Source: an uncultured Peptococcaceae bacterium
Lineage (GTDB): Bacteria > Bacillota > Desulfotomaculia > Desulfotomaculales > Desulfocucumaceae
Direction of reading: 5' to 3'
Assembly (NCBI GenBank): GCA_964643075.1
Contig: CAZXQO010000001.1
Coordinates: 106,961 to 130,960 of the forward strand
Length of the DNA stretch: 24,000 nucleotides
Made by a program: the position numbers and the translations under genes. The notes under the pieces are model-generated. The model did no database searches. It saw nothing but the letters and a program-made list of their open reading frames with translations, and was not told the DNA's origin. Of this stretch, positions 23,137 through 24,000 are shown piece by piece; position 1 is the first letter of the stretch; every line of letters starts with the position of its first letter.

Positions 23137-23613
23137 ATGGATAACGAAAAATTTCAAGAACTTGTATTGCAACAATTGAAGGCCCTTACCGAAGGCCAAC
23201 GACAGCTTAACGAAGGCCAAAAGTCACTAACGGAAAACTATCAATCACTTAACGAAGGCCACAAATCATTAAGAGAAAACTTTCAATCACTTAACGAGGG
23301 CCACAAATCATTAAGAGAAAACTTTCAATCACTTAACGAGGGCCAAATGTCACTAACAGAAAACTATCAATTACTTAACGAAGGCCAACGACAACTTACA
23401 GAGAGGCTTACCAAAGTAGAAAATGTAGTCATGCGTATCGAGAACGATCACGGCACAAATCTTGCTGCTCTCCTGGACGGCTATCACCACAACGCCAAAG
23501 TTCTTGCCGACCACACCGAAAGACTTGACCGAATTGAATCAAAAATTACCGCCCACGATATCCAGATCTCAATACTTGACAAAACCAAGTCCAATAAGCG
23601 CAAGGTCAAATGA
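23137..23613 (+). CDS. Heptad-repeat coiled-coil protein of unknown function (158 aa)
   Basis: AAAGGAA RBS about 10 nt upstream, with a terminator downstream. The N-terminal two thirds are L(N/T)EGQxx / L(T/R)EN(Y/F)QS heptads. The C-terminal part is non-repetitive and helical (ENDHGTNLAALLDGYHHNAKVLADHTERLDRIESKI). Confidence 0.7.
   Translation: MDNEKFQELVLQQLKALTEGQRQLNEGQKSLTENYQSLNEGHKSLRENFQSLNEGHKSLRENFQSLNEGQMSLTENYQLLNEGQRQLTERLTKVENVVMRIENDHGTNLAALLDGYHHNAKVLADHTERLDRIESKITAHDIQISILDKTKSNKRKVK
23185..23400 (+). repeat. Intragenic tandem repeat: four 42-bp units (23206-23247, 23248-23289, 23290-23331, 23332-23373) flanked by 21-bp half-unit variants
   Basis: Units 2 and 3 (CTTAACGA[A/G]GGCCACAAATCATTAAGAGAAAACTTTCAATCA) differ at 1 of 42 positions. 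Units 1 and 4 form a second variant pair. The flanking CTTA(C/A)CGAAGGCCAACGACA(G/A)CTTA half-units at 23185 and 23374 mirror each other. Confidence 0.9.
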
Positions 23614-23697
23614 TTCCCGGCCTATTCCTAGTACCTTCTTCATATCAACCATGATAAGCAGGATTCATTAGCGGTCATTGTTATGTTTGCAATGACT

Positions 23698-23725
23698 AAA
23701 GCCCGCCTTATTGCAGGCGGGCTTT
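23698..23725. terminator. Bidirectional rho-independent terminator between convergent genes
   Basis: AAAGCCCGCC (23698-23707) pairs with GGCGGGCTTT (23716-23725) around an 8-nt loop. T residues flank the 3' side on both strands. It lies between the coiled-coil ORF stop (23613) and the trpB-like stop (23729). Confidence 0.7.
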
Positions 23726-23728
23726 TAA

Positions 23729-24000
23729 CTATACTTTAGGCAGTTTTTGCAGTGCCCGCTTCAAATCTTCTTCGGGCAATGGGAAATCCTCCAGTTTGCC
23801 GGCCATGAACAGGTCATAGGAAGGCAGATCCAGGAAGCCGTGACCGCTCATGTTAAACAGTATGGTTCTGGCCTCGCCGGCCTCTTTAGCCGCCAGGGCT
23901 TCCTCAATGGCCGCCTGCACCGCGTGGGCGGATTCCGGCGCGGGTAGGATGCCCTCGTTACGGGCAAACATAATGGCGCCGTTAAATATAGATGTCTGTC
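23729..24000 (-). CDS. TrpB-like PLP-dependent enzyme (tryptophan synthase beta, TrpB2-type), C-terminal fragment. The gene continues beyond the window end.
   Basis: The C-terminal sequence is NEGILPAPESAHAVQAAIEEALAAKEAGEARTILFNMSGHGFLDLPSYDLFMAGKLEDF, which matches the conserved EGIxPAxESxHA...SGHG tail of TrpB-family enzymes. The reading frame stays open upstream of the track Met to position 24000. Confidence 0.8.
   Translation of the reverse strand, partial: QTSIFNGAIMFARNEGILPAPESAHAVQAAIEEALAAKEAGEARTILFNMSGHGFLDLPSYDLFMAGKLEDFPLPEEDLKRALQKLPKV

Noticed and set aside
23206-23373. Regular 42-bp direct repeats that might be mistaken for a CRISPR array
   Set aside because: The units are contiguous with no spacers, lie in frame inside an ORF with an RBS and terminator, and encode a heptad pattern. 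No cas genes are nearby.

Overview
This window looks like core chromosome of an endospore-forming anaerobic Firmicute. Peptococcaceae/Desulfotomaculum-like is only a guess from gene content. Almost all genes are on the minus strand. From left to right:
- A 3'-truncated FMN-binding glutamate-synthase-family gene (1-1318), absent from the ORF track because it has no stop in the window.
- A small + strand operon (1544-2527) of two 63-70 aa helical proteins and a roughly 4-TM membrane protein, then a 186-aa polytopic membrane protein.
- Two tandem germinant-receptor modules. gerXA2-gerXB2 (10099-7370) has no C subunit and is followed by gerXA1-gerXB1-gerXC (7257-3254). Together they form a ~2.85-kb tandem duplication with mosaic identity.
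- An 8-gene, translationally coupled biotin operon, bioD-bioA-bioB-bioW-bioF-fabZ-fabG-fabF (18004-10405), with a near-consensus promoter, a BirA-type operator and a terminator.
- An operon (22556-18268) of an 880-aa DHH/DHHA1-CBS-CBS-CCA-nucleotidyltransferase fusion, an M50 peptidase and trpS.
- A visibly AT-richer islet (22557-23727). It holds a 222-bp MITE-like element (13-bp terminal inverted repeats, 9-bp direct flanks, internal GGGGACA/TGTCCCC array) and a heptad-repeat coiled-coil ORF built on 42-bp tandem repeats.
- The 3' end of a TrpB-like PLP enzyme.
I found no rRNA, tRNA, CRISPR array or recognisable defence or toxin system. The three items most worth follow-up are the fab paralogs inside the biotin-regulated operon (a candidate pimelate arm), the ger duplication that shares one C subunit, and the MITE-like element. 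All functional calls rest on motif recognition by eye; no database search or alignment software was available.
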